Shown in pieces: positions 37,759-47,346 of a DNA stretch of 49,955 nt. The position numbers were made by a program, and so were the translations under genes. Source of the DNA: Candidatus Ratteibacteria bacterium (GTDB lineage Bacteria; CAZDME01; JAYEMH01); contig JAYEMH010000007.1 of the NCBI GenBank assembly GCA_034717985.1, positions 1 to 49,955 of the forward strand, in the 5' to 3' direction. Positions within the stretch are counted from its first letter, which is position 1. The number at the start of each line of letters is the position of its first letter. A model generated the notes under the pieces. That model saw nothing but the letters and a program-made list of their open reading frames with translations. It had not been told where the DNA came from and searched no databases.

Positions 37759-39453
37759 ATGATTAAGAAATTATTATTGGTGTTTTTAGCCATTTTTTTT
37801 ATTACGCCGTCTCTTTATGCGCAGAACACAGTCAGAATTAACGGCGAGACGGTAGAAGAAAACAGCGCTTTGAGTATTTTTAAAGATGAACTCACCGGGG
37901 GTAAAATCAGTTTTTTGTTTAAAACAGGGGAAGACATTGAAGGGGTGGAGATTTCTCTGGATAAAGGAAGAATCTGGCGGGAGATGAATGCCGCTGAAGG
38001 CGGTTTTTTGTATCAATACCGGCCTTTGTCTGATAAAGATTTATTCCTCTCGTTTCTTTTTAAAAACAAGGAAGGCACACTTAGGGCCTATAACACCTTT
38101 ATAAAGATTGCTTACCAGAAGAAGAGGCCGGAGGAGGCAATCTTAGCTCTTTTAGAAAAAATGGAGCGTTTTTATGAACAGGAGAATAAACAGCGATTTA
38201 TGCGTCTTTTTTCTTCTAAGTTTCCTAGCCGGATAAAATTCGAGCAGTCAATCCAGAATGATTTTTATAATTACAATAATATACGGCTTGACCGCCGGGT
38301 GGAGAGAAAGATTTTTTCTTCTGATTCAAAATCGGCCATCTGGGATGTCTATGTTGAAAGGAAATGTAATACCCGGACGGGCTCAAGCAAAGACGCTTCC
38401 GCCGTTATTGGCATGCGGATAGCCAACGAAAGCGGAAGCTGGAAAATCACCGGATTCAATAATAATACGGTTTTTGGCTCGTCTTTGTTAGCGGCTGAAG
38501 CGGATTTAACTGTTTCAAGTTCTGATATAAGTTTATCCGGGCCGACTGTTACAGTAACGGTACATAACAACGGGGATGCCATTGCCCGTAATGTCAAGGT
38601 AACCTTTTATCATAAATCCGGCGGGACCTGGGTTAAAGACGGCAACAAAACTATTTCTGTCATCAGGGAGAATTCTCGCGGGACCACCAGGTATAATTTT
38701 TCCTCTCTTTGCGGCATATATGACGTTAAAGTTGTTGTTGACCCGGCGAACGCTATTTCTGAAAGCAACGAAACCAATAACGAAGCGGAAAAAAGCATTA
38801 CTTTTTCACCCGAATTAACTATCGCCAGTTCAGATATAACTAATTCCGGGACCACGGTTAGTGCAGTCGTTCATAATAACGGAAGTGTTATCGCCCGCAG
38901 TGTCAAAGTGCAATTTTATCATAAATCCGGCGGAAGCTGGATTTCAGACGGGTATAACACTATTTCCAGCATCGGCGCTCAGTCCCAGGAAACTACCAGT
39001 TATAATTTTTCATCTCTTTCCGGGACATGTGATATCAAAATTGTCATTGACCCGAATAATACCATTCCTGAGACCAATGAGGACAATAACGAGGCAGAAA
39101 AGAGTATAACCTTTTCATCCACTCCTTTTCTTCCGGATTTAGCCATTTCCAGCTCTGATATCACTAAAACCGCCACCTATACCGTATCAGCGGTAGTGCA
39201 TAATAACGGCAGTGCTTCGGCAAGTAGTATTAAGGTAAAGTTTTATTATAAAGTTGGGGTGAACTGGGTCGCTCATGGTTCTGAAGAAACCATCGCTAGT
39301 ATCGCCGCCGGGGCTCAGGGAACGGCGACGCATGATTTTTCCTCTTTGGGCCCGGGGGCTCAAAATTTTAAGGTGGTAGTTGATCCGAGTAATGCAATTT
39401 CAGAAACAGACGAGACTAACAATGAAAGCACAAAAACACTTACTCTGGGCTAA
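37759..39453 (+). CDS. Secreted protein with an NTF2-like domain and three tandem CARDB domains
   Basis: Signal peptide and three ~103-aa repeats DL.ISSSDI...VHNNG...V.FY...VVVDP.N.I.E.NE.NN starting near 38503, 38812 and 39136. Confidence 0.85.
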   Translation: MIKKLLLVFLAIFFITPSLYAQNTVRINGETVEENSALSIFKDELTGGKISFLFKTGEDIEGVEISLDKGRIWREMNAAEGGFLYQYRPLSDKDLFLSFLFKNKEGTLRAYNTFIKIAYQKKRPEEAILALLEKMERFYEQENKQRFMRLFSSKFPSRIKFEQSIQNDFYNYNNIRLDRRVERKIFSSDSKSAIWDVYVERKCNTRTGSSKDASAVIGMRIANESGSWKITGFNNNTVFGSSLLAAEADLTVSSSDISLSGPTVTVTVHNNGDAIARNVKVTFYHKSGGTWVKDGNKTISVIRENSRGTTRYNFSSLCGIYDVKVVVDPANAISESNETNNEAEKSITFSPELTIASSDITNSGTTVSAVVHNNGSVIARSVKVQFYHKSGGSWISDGYNTISSIGAQSQETTSYNFSSLSGTCDIKIVIDPNNTIPETNEDNNEAEKSITFSSTPFLPDLAISSSDITKTATYTVSAVVHNNGSASASSIKVKFYYKVGVNWVAHGSEETIASIAAGAQGTATHDFSSLGPGAQNFKVVVDPSNAISETDETNNESTKTLTLG

Positions 39454-39871
39454 ATTAGCCCTTATCGGCTGGACATTTCTTTTGCTTGCCATGGCGCCTC
39501 CGGTGGTGACAGAAAAAGCAGCGTTAAAGGATATGGTTAAAGATCGCTTGCAGGAAATGGAAGTTGTCTATGCTTCCAGGGATTTTGAAGGATTTATAGC
39601 TCTTTTGGATAAAGATTTTGAACCTTTGGGAAATTTCAAGAATAGCCTGCAGGAAGAATTTTTAAATAGAAAATCATTGGAGCTAAAATTTATTGTGGAT
39701 AATATTTTGAAAGAAAAAGAAAAGATTTTAGTTAAACTCCACTGGTTTAAAAAATATACTGACCCTTCCGGAAAGTTCCTTAAGGTTAAAGGCGAATCGC
39801 AATTTGTGTTTTTCCGGGATTCTGAAGGACTAAAACTTCTCTCCATAAGAGGCGACAACCCGTTTTTTTAA
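39422..39871 (+). CDS. Hypothetical exported protein, NTF2-like
   Basis: Hydrophobic N-terminus. The Y...D..GF..LLDKDF segment resembles the YEQENK..FM.LFSSKF domain of the upstream gene. Confidence 0.6.
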   Translation: MKAQKHLLWAKLALIGWTFLLLAMAPPVVTEKAALKDMVKDRLQEMEVVYASRDFEGFIALLDKDFEPLGNFKNSLQEEFLNRKSLELKFIVDNILKEKEKILVKLHWFKKYTDPSGKFLKVKGESQFVFFRDSEGLKLLSIRGDNPFF

Positions 39872-39888
39872 ATTAAGAAAGGGTTATA

Positions 39889-42800
39889 ATGTTGTCTAAA
39901 AAAGCTCTTCGCAATAATTCACTCCTTTTCTTTACCATCCTCTTTATAGCGATATCGCTTCACAGTGAATGCCGGGCTGAAGAAGCGGCTAATTCTGGAA
40001 TTGTTCGTTTTATTGAAGGGCAAATCAACACCTCTGAAGGAACAAATCACAGCCGCTTATCTACCGATTTTATCGGCGGTATTTTAACGGGTTTAACAAC
40101 GCCGGCAATTAATGGACTTATGGAAAGCCTGAGCACACAGCCGGCTGCTACTCAGTCCTCAACTATTGAGCCGACTGCTTATACGGTTCAATATCCCGGG
40201 GTTTCTACCGGAGATTTGTCACAGGTAGTTATAGTAGGTGATGGTCCTCCTCCACAACCGGTAAATTCTCAACCCCAAGTGATGGTAGTTAATTCTATTC
40301 AGGAATTACCTCCCGGGACAATTGTCGTTCCTTATTCGCCTCCAAGTGTTAGTCAGGAGATAACAATGAGCCAGAGTCAAAGCAGTGTTCCCAGTCTGCC
40401 GATGGCTGAGGCGCAATTAGGCATCGGGTTAGGGCTTGATACCTTTTTTGTTCCGCCCAGAAGCCCCAACAGCCGGTTTGAAGCGGATATGAAGTTGACC
40501 TGGTCTTTTACCGAGGAAGAGCTTAACCAGTACAACACCCGTTTTAAAATGGGCGGTCTTACCCAGAGGCTTATTCCTATCGGCGCCGTAAGGTTGGAGA
40601 CAGATAGATCCCGGTTCGTGCGCGAAATCGGTTTCCACTGTGATATCGGCGTTGATTTAAAATGGAATGCTAATTGGCATAATAATGTCGCCGGGATTAA
40701 TCTTACTGATTTAGCCATGGAAATTAATGATGAAGATAGAGAAGGGCTGGGAGGGGGAGATGTTGACCATAGCGATTCTGTGAATCTGACGGATGTGCCG
40801 GGGATGGTTACCAGTTTAGTCGAAAAAGTGAGTGCTAAGTTAGCGGCGGGAGCGGCTGGCGGCGCGGCAAAAGAAGCAGGGGATACCTTAGCCGGGGAAA
40901 TATTTGATAAAATGGAGATTGGCGTTCTGGTAACCCAGATAACATCCGACCGGTATGTTACGATAACCTTTGATATTACCGCCGAGGATATGAGAGGTAA
41001 TGCGGTAAGTATTAACCTGGAGGAGGAGAATCCGATAAGATTTGACAGCGAGGGGGTGGACCATATTCTTTACGCCCGCATTCCGGATGGATGCCCGCCG
41101 CTTAAAAAAGTTACTTTAAGGGTGGTAGATGCGGTCTATCGTTATAATGAATCGGCCAATATTGAATTTGGTATAAGCGCTGAATATATTCCGGTTGAAG
41201 TTAGGACCGGTAAACTTACACAGGGAATAGGAGAATATTTCGCTAACGAGCATAACGCTCAAGTTCGGGATGAAGACAAGCCCAGCTTGACGGTTATAGG
41301 CGAGTCGTTAATTTATATCCCCTTTCATGGATTTGTTCAGGATAGCGCGGCTAACCCGTCTTTTGGCTTAGAGGGGGTAACAGTAAATATTTTTGCCAGG
41401 GATAATTCTTTCCATAAAACAGAATATACCCATCCAGACGGGCATTTTTACGGCGATTTCTATATTGCTTCGGCAGCCGGTACAGCGCCTCATTTTATTA
41501 CTGTTTCCAAGGAGGGATATGCGCCTAACTACACGGTTGATTTTATAAATGACCAGGAAGGTTTTATTATAAGTATGCTTAGACCGGCTCAAGATTATCT
41601 ATTTGTGTCCGGACAGGTACTGGATATGCAAAACAAACCGATACCGGGGGCTGAGGTTCATGTCTGCGGTGAGATGGATGTTTGGGCGGTGACAAACGCT
41701 CAGGGTAGATTCAGTTTTGACGTGGTTCGAGGGGGAAGCATTACTATTTCGGCAGGTAAAACGGGCTATCATTTTCCTTTGGTAACTAAAAGCACCGCTT
41801 GTTCTGAAGAAAGGATAAACGTTGATTTAAAGGCGAATATTCAGCCGCCACCGGGATATATAAAATTATTATTTGAAGCAGAGAGTCAATCTTTGCCGCC
41901 GATGATTAACATAAAACGCCCCGGCAGCGCCGCATTTTCCGTTGACTTGGCAAGCGATAGGACGCTAACTATTGGAGCTCTTAGCGCCCGGGAATTTTTA
42001 ACTTTGGGAGCCTTTGGTTATAACCTTAATCCTTCCCAGATCGAAGCGCAATTTTCCGACGACAAACTGGGTGAGGAAAAAGAGTTTAATATCACCGCTA
42101 CGCCTGTATGGGCAAAATCTATTGCTCTTTCTCCTCCTTCGGTATCTATTGAAACCGGCGGAATAAATTTTGATGATAAAAGGACAGAAGAACAAGCTGA
42201 ACTTATAGCCGTGGTAGAATATGCCCGGGGACAAACGAAAAAATCAGGGGTGCCGGTTAGGTTTGAAATGGTGGAAAGAGAAGGGAATGCAGCCGTTAAA
42301 TTTTCCCGGGAAGGATTAATGCCCGGATGCGGTTATGGAATGACTGATGATAACGGAGAGGTAAAAATAGGTGTTTTGGCCTATAATACCCTGGGCAATG
42401 TTAAGATAAAAGCCGTCGCCCTTGATAAGTCTCTTGTAACCGGTTTAGAAGAGGATGAGCTATCAAGTAATGCCATAAATGTGACAATTATTCCTTCAAC
42501 GCGCATTACCCAGACAGCAAAACCGACCGCTTCGGTAACCGCTATGGCCAACAAGAAGTGGCTTTCGGGTGCCGGTGTCCGAATAGAAAAAGGAGGAGAA
42601 ATACTTTTCCAGTTTTCAGCCGCGCCGGGGCAGACCGGGGCGCCGCCTCTTTATGCTTCCGGAATACTGAACGGTTTTAAACTAAGTTTTTCTAAAGATA
42701 ACGGGCCCTGGCAGGATGAGATGTATGAGACTACTCCCTGGGCGACAGCCAGGAGAACATTTTCCGAAAAAGGTGATTATAAAGTTGGTTTTCAGGTAAG

Positions 42801-45174
42801 GGAAAATTACGCCGGAGAGAATATCTGGTCGGACCGGGCCGAGGCGCCTTTTCAGGTAATTGAATTTATCCGGCCGGTAGTGAGTTTAACTATCCCTAAT
42901 ACAACGGGCATAGTGAATATGCCGCTGGATTACTCTTTTGAGGCAACTGCCCCGGCAACTTTGGAAAATATCACTTTGGAATTCGGAGATAATAAGCTGG
43001 ATATAGATATTGACCGCGGTATATTAAGCGGCAAGACACACTGGTCGGGCAGTCATTACCATCTATATTCCCATGAGGGGACTTATCAGTTAAAACTGAA
43101 AGCAGTAGATGTGAATAATAAGCAAGCTGAGGTAACTAAAACTGTTACCATTCAGCCGCTATCGGCTTTAAATGATGATACCGCGCCTACCGGAACTTTG
43201 ACTATTAATGGCGGCGCTCAAAGCGCTGGAGAGATGAATGTGGTTTTACATATTGAGGGCAGCGACGGAGCCGATGGCTCCGGCATATTCAAGCTTAGAA
43301 TTTCTAATGACGGCGCAAACTGGAATGCCTGGCAGGCGGTAGATTTTGCCAATGACCGGCCTTATCGGGATATATCAACAGACCGGGCCTGGCAGCTTGC
43401 CGGAGAAAGCGGCACTAAGACTGTATATGTGCAGTTGAAAGATGCGGCGGAAAATGTTTCTAACAATATTTATGCCTCAATTCAAATTGAAGCGGCGAGT
43501 ATCCAGGTGTCCGGAAGTTTAGCGCCGCCTTCGGTGGTTGATCCTAATTTTCCTAATGCTTCACCTCCTTACGGCAGTATTTCGGTTTCAGAAAGAGCCG
43601 GAAATGTAATTACTCTTGTTTTACAAGCTTCTAATGCCCGGGCATCAATTTTGGTTGACCGGATGGCTTTTTCGTTCGACGGAACCAACTGGACCGGCTG
43701 GATGCCTTTTAGTGATGTAAAACAGATTTCTTTGATTGGACATGAAACAGAAAATAAAATTTATGTAACTTTTGCCGATATTGCCGGCGGACAAAGCCCG
43801 GTTTATTCTGCCGATATACCGCCGGGCGCCGCTCAGCCGCCAGCAGCTGATATTGAAGCTGATATTCAAGAAGAGATTACTCCGGATTCAGAAGAAGCAG
43901 GTGTTTCTCCTGCGCCGGCAACTACCAGTGTCGGCGCAGGCAGCGAGCAGCAGCAAATAGGTGAAGACAGAAAAGTCTCGGCCCTAAGGCGGCGGTTAAG
44001 CGATTTAAGAGCCGCAAGGGCTAAAAAAAGAAGTGTTTTACCGCCGGTTGTCCCGCAGGGAGAAAGAAGAATAGAAGAAGAGACAAGACCGGAGATAGAG
44101 CCTGTTGATCTTTCAATAGAAGGTATAAAAGTTCCGCGGGAAATTCTGATAAATCAAGCATCAAGCATAGAGGTAAAAGTAAAGAATTACTCTGTTGTTG
44201 ATATAGGGGAATGCCGGGTGTTTTTTGAAACAGAGGATGGTTATAAAGATAAGAAACGAATATCTCTCCGGGGGAGGGAACAGAAAAGGCTGAGATTTTC
44301 CTGGACACCCCAGAGAGACGGCCGGCAGAAAATTGCTGTTTCTATTGAATGCAGAGAAGATACGAATTCCAGAAACAACCAGAAATTTCAAATCATCGAG
44401 GTAAAAAAAGAAGAACCGGTTGATGTTTCGATAGGAAATATGAGATGTCCCCGGGAAATACCGGTAAATCAAAAAGCCGACATAGAGGTAAAGGTAAAAA
44501 ATGAATCAGGCGTAGATATTAGAGAATGCTGGGTGCTGTTTGAAACAGAGGATGGTTACCGGGATAAGAAACGAATATTTCTCCGGGGGAGGGGACGGGA
44601 AAGGGTAAGATTTTCCTGGACGCCCCGGAAAGACGGCCGGCAGAAAGTGACTGCTTCTATTGAATGCAGAGAAGACAAAAATCCTCGCAACAACAGGGTT
44701 TCTCAAATAGTTGAAGTAAAAAAAGTGGAAAGAGATGTTGTTAGATCAAGAACGGCAGAAAAAAAGAAAAGAGATGTAATTAGACCAAGGATGGCAGAAA
44801 AAAAGAAAATTAAAAAAACAGAAAAAGAAAGAAAAATAGAAATACCGCGCTTACAAATTCGAAAATTATTTTTAACCGACGAAAGAAACAATGTCTTAAA
44901 AGCCGGACAGTCTTTAATTATTGGCTTGGAAATAGAATCGTCTTCTTCTTTTGATGAGTCTCTGGAGGTTAATTTTGTATTAGAGGGTAAAGAAGGCGGC
45001 AGGAAAACATTTAACGAAAAGATAAAGGGATTAAAAAATGGCCCAAATTCTTTTAAATGGGAACTTTTGAAAGAATTGAAGCCAGACAGATATAGCCTAT
45101 CGGTAGAAGTGCGAAATAGGCTGTTTAACATAAGGGAGAAGCGAAACAAAGAGTTTGAGGTTGTGAACAAATAA
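39889..45174 (+). CDS. Large secreted multidomain surface protein (carboxypeptidase-regulatory-like, Ig/PKD-like and CARDB-like domains)
   Basis: 1761 aa with signal peptide. VSGQVLD...PIPGAEV, H.Y..EGTY and AP.G...INGGA...V.V...D.A.N modules. Tandem 105-aa repeat at 44098-44727. Confidence 0.8.
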   Translation: MLSKKALRNNSLLFFTILFIAISLHSECRAEEAANSGIVRFIEGQINTSEGTNHSRLSTDFIGGILTGLTTPAINGLMESLSTQPAATQSSTIEPTAYTVQYPGVSTGDLSQVVIVGDGPPPQPVNSQPQVMVVNSIQELPPGTIVVPYSPPSVSQEITMSQSQSSVPSLPMAEAQLGIGLGLDTFFVPPRSPNSRFEADMKLTWSFTEEELNQYNTRFKMGGLTQRLIPIGAVRLETDRSRFVREIGFHCDIGVDLKWNANWHNNVAGINLTDLAMEINDEDREGLGGGDVDHSDSVNLTDVPGMVTSLVEKVSAKLAAGAAGGAAKEAGDTLAGEIFDKMEIGVLVTQITSDRYVTITFDITAEDMRGNAVSINLEEENPIRFDSEGVDHILYARIPDGCPPLKKVTLRVVDAVYRYNESANIEFGISAEYIPVEVRTGKLTQGIGEYFANEHNAQVRDEDKPSLTVIGESLIYIPFHGFVQDSAANPSFGLEGVTVNIFARDNSFHKTEYTHPDGHFYGDFYIASAAGTAPHFITVSKEGYAPNYTVDFINDQEGFIISMLRPAQDYLFVSGQVLDMQNKPIPGAEVHVCGEMDVWAVTNAQGRFSFDVVRGGSITISAGKTGYHFPLVTKSTACSEERINVDLKANIQPPPGYIKLLFEAESQSLPPMINIKRPGSAAFSVDLASDRTLTIGALSAREFLTLGAFGYNLNPSQIEAQFSDDKLGEEKEFNITATPVWAKSIALSPPSVSIETGGINFDDKRTEEQAELIAVVEYARGQTKKSGVPVRFEMVEREGNAAVKFSREGLMPGCGYGMTDDNGEVKIGVLAYNTLGNVKIKAVALDKSLVTGLEEDELSSNAINVTIIPSTRITQTAKPTASVTAMANKKWLSGAGVRIEKGGEILFQFSAAPGQTGAPPLYASGILNGFKLSFSKDNGPWQDEMYETTPWATARRTFSEKGDYKVGFQVRENYAGENIWSDRAEAPFQVIEFIRPVVSLTIPNTTGIVNMPLDYSFEATAPATLENITLEFGDNKLDIDIDRGILSGKTHWSGSHYHLYSHEGTYQLKLKAVDVNNKQAEVTKTVTIQPLSALNDDTAPTGTLTINGGAQSAGEMNVVLHIEGSDGADGSGIFKLRISNDGANWNAWQAVDFANDRPYRDISTDRAWQLAGESGTKTVYVQLKDAAENVSNNIYASIQIEAASIQVSGSLAPPSVVDPNFPNASPPYGSISVSERAGNVITLVLQASNARASILVDRMAFSFDGTNWTGWMPFSDVKQISLIGHETENKIYVTFADIAGGQSPVYSADIPPGAAQPPAADIEADIQEEITPDSEEAGVSPAPATTSVGAGSEQQQIGEDRKVSALRRRLSDLRAARAKKRSVLPPVVPQGERRIEEETRPEIEPVDLSIEGIKVPREILINQASSIEVKVKNYSVVDIGECRVFFETEDGYKDKKRISLRGREQKRLRFSWTPQRDGRQKIAVSIECREDTNSRNNQKFQIIEVKKEEPVDVSIGNMRCPREIPVNQKADIEVKVKNESGVDIRECWVLFETEDGYRDKKRIFLRGRGRERVRFSWTPRKDGRQKVTASIECREDKNPRNNRVSQIVEVKKVERDVVRSRTAEKKKRDVIRPRMAEKKKIKKTEKERKIEIPRLQIRKLFLTDERNNVLKAGQSLIIGLEIESSSSFDESLEVNFVLEGKEGGRKTFNEKIKGLKNGPNSFKWELLKELKPDRYSLSVEVRNRLFNIREKRNKEFEVVNK

Positions 45175-45217
45175 ATAAAGGGACAACACATCCCAATATT
45201 TTCTGTATCCTAATGAG

Positions 45218-45246
45218 AAATCTCCATACAAAAATGGAGGTTTTTG
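45218..45246 (+). terminator. Putative intrinsic terminator
   Basis: aaatctccat-acaaaa-atggaggttt hairpin followed by a T-run, downstream of the four-gene operon. Confidence 0.55.
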
Positions 45247-45265
45247 TTTAATGGTCAAATTCCTT

Positions 45266-45383
45266 CTTTACACCCCTTACTAAACTTGCTATAATTTCCA
45301 TTAAGCATTACACCTACACAGTACACTTTATGTTTTACCTGCCCCAATAGCTCAGCCCGGATAGAGCACAGGTTTCCTAAACC
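45266..45383 (+). repeat. 118-bp exact repeat: 75-bp promoter-bearing cassette end plus tRNA-Arg(CCT) 5' fragment copy 2 (45341-45383)
   Basis: Identical to 48530-48647. Contains TTTACA-17bp-TATAAT with TG extension. Confidence 0.93.
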
Positions 45384-45591
45384 GAAACCTGCCTAATCTC
45401 ATTTGAACTCAAACCCCGTCTAATTCCTTTCATTTCAAGCACTTCTGACAGGTTTTCATTCGTACTAATTATTACCAATTTATGCCAATTTGTCTCCGCC
45501 GTGGACACTATTTGGACACCAAGAAGTTTAAGCCAATTAAGCCAATTATAATCACTTGCAAATGCTTTTCTTTAATGCTATACTTTTTTTC

Positions 45592-46206
45592 ATGAAGATC
45601 TATATAGTAGTGTTTATGACATTACTGTTATCTTTATTCGGTTGGAGCGATGGATATACTTTATCTAAAAACATGAACACCGTTTCAGTAAATACAAGTT
45701 CAATAAATAGAACATTTGAAGATTTAACTCTTGGAATGACTGAAAATGAGTTAAAATCGAAATTAGTTTATTTTGGCCCTTCGTCAAGGTCCTGGTTGCT
45801 TCATAATGAATATTCAGTGTACTCTGTTTATTATAACATCTACATAGCAAATGAAAACCCAAGGATGGGTAAAATCACACCGAAAATGAAAGAGATTGAA
45901 AATGTTTATGCAGTTTATTGTAGTTTTTATGAAAACAAACTTTTTAGAATTAAAATAGTGTATAGAAATGCATATCAACTTCCTTGGGGCGATTTTATTT
46001 TTAATGCAAAACAAAAATATGGACCTGGCAAGAAAATGATAGATGGTGTTACATGGAACGATGGAATGACAACCTTGATTATTACCCAAAAACATGGCAA
46101 GCAATTCGAAAATGATTATGGAAAACATTATGAGGTATTCTATATAGACAATAAGCAATTTTCTAAAATGAATGAAAAGATGAAGGAGGAATCACCACAA
46201 TTGTAA
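45592..46206 (+). CDS. Hypothetical exported protein
   Basis: Signal-peptide-like MKIYIVVFMTLLLSLFG. Promoter TTGCAA-17-TATACT at 45556-45584. Confidence 0.65.
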   Translation: MKIYIVVFMTLLLSLFGWSDGYTLSKNMNTVSVNTSSINRTFEDLTLGMTENELKSKLVYFGPSSRSWLLHNEYSVYSVYYNIYIANENPRMGKITPKMKEIENVYAVYCSFYENKLFRIKIVYRNAYQLPWGDFIFNAKQKYGPGKKMIDGVTWNDGMTTLIITQKHGKQFENDYGKHYEVFYIDNKQFSKMNEKMKEESPQL

Positions 46207-46257
46207 AAGGTAAATTACAGAGTATAAAGATAATAGATTTTTTGCTCAAAATTGGAT

Positions 46258-46658
46258 AGTATAAACTACTTCCCTTGTCAAGACCAAAGTTAAGGTAATT
46301 TAAGGTGGGAAATTTTATTTTCCGGAGCGTGAAATTTAATCCCTGAATAAACCTCCCACGGCGTCTGATAGTCCAACGACTGATGTAACCGTTCTGTGTT
46401 GTAACGATTAAAATATGTTTTCAAGCCTCCCCGGACATCCGTTATGGTCTCATACCCCTGGACATAAATATTGTCATATTTGACTGTTCTCCAGAGACGT
46501 TCAATGAAAATATTGTCGAATACCCTGCCCCGTTCATCCATACCGATCCGGATCCTGTTATTCAAAAGTTTTTGCGTAAAGTCTTTCGATGTAAATTGTG
46601 TTCCTTGATCCGAATTGAATATTTCCGGCTTTCCATAGTACAGGAACAAGGTGTCCAC
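46258..46658 (-). pseudogene. Truncated IS3-family transposase (C-terminal DDE core, 46290-46658) with the probable IS end
   Basis: PEIFNSDQGTQFTS, DNIFIERLWRTVKY and YNTERLHQSLDYQTP motifs. The N-terminal part is missing. Confidence 0.88.
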
Positions 46659-46835
46659 CTTTTGTTGGCAAATGTGGTTTAAAGGTATATACTAATGTTA
46701 AAAATAGGGGTGAGTTTCAAAGGGGAAACCTACGTCGACTGGAAAATAAGTAAAACTTTCGCTTAAAAGGTGGAGGTTTTTTGTTTATTGAGGTTTAGAA
46801 TTTGAAAAAGCAGAGAAAAAGAGGAGGTAGAAGCG

Positions 46836-47036
46836 ATGAATAAAAATAAGGAGGCAAGATTAATACGAATATATGTAGAAGATCGTAAGACAAAACCTAG
46901 ATTATTTGTAGACCCCCCACCTTCGTTAAAAGGACGATTCACCCAAAAATACCCGCGTGGGTTTGCATGTTGGAGTAACACAGAAAAAGTGAAAATTGCA
47001 ATTGAAGATATAGTTAAATGGCTAAATGAAAAATAA
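46836..47036 (+). CDS. Small hypothetical protein (66 aa)
   Basis: Strong RBS GAGGAGG before the ATG. No recognisable motif. Confidence 0.5.
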   Translation: MNKNKEARLIRIYVEDRKTKPRLFVDPPPSLKGRFTQKYPRGFACWSNTEKVKIAIEDIVKWLNEK

Positions 47037-47346
47037 TCAAATTGTTTCACTGCGGCTTTAAAAATAGGGACTAAAATAGGGACACCTATGTATGCTATTT
47101 ACAAAACCAATGGGTTATCAAAGAAGGTAGTCTGTGCAAAGTTTGCATATACTGCCGAATGAAAACAGGAACACATCCCAAACACATCCCTAATAATACT
47201 TGACATAACTTATATATTATAGTAAACTATATTATAGGAAATACTATAATGTAAACCTCGTTAGAGATAGAAAATACCATTGAAATAAAACATTGCTTTA
47301 TTTTGGTATCTCTAACGGGGCAAATATATATACGGGGAGGATCAAA

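Larger units (their letters stand above)
35921..45340 (+). mobile_element. tRNA-Arg(CCT)-integrated cassette/island 1 (9420 bp), no integrase gene
   Basis: Bounded by tRNA 5' fragments. Both ends are homologous to those of cassette 2. Confidence 0.75.

Noticed and set aside
35921-45383. tRNA fragments as split or intron-containing tRNA genes
   Set aside because: There are no separate 3' halves or intron structure, an intact copy exists at 48605, and the shared flanks fit att duplication.
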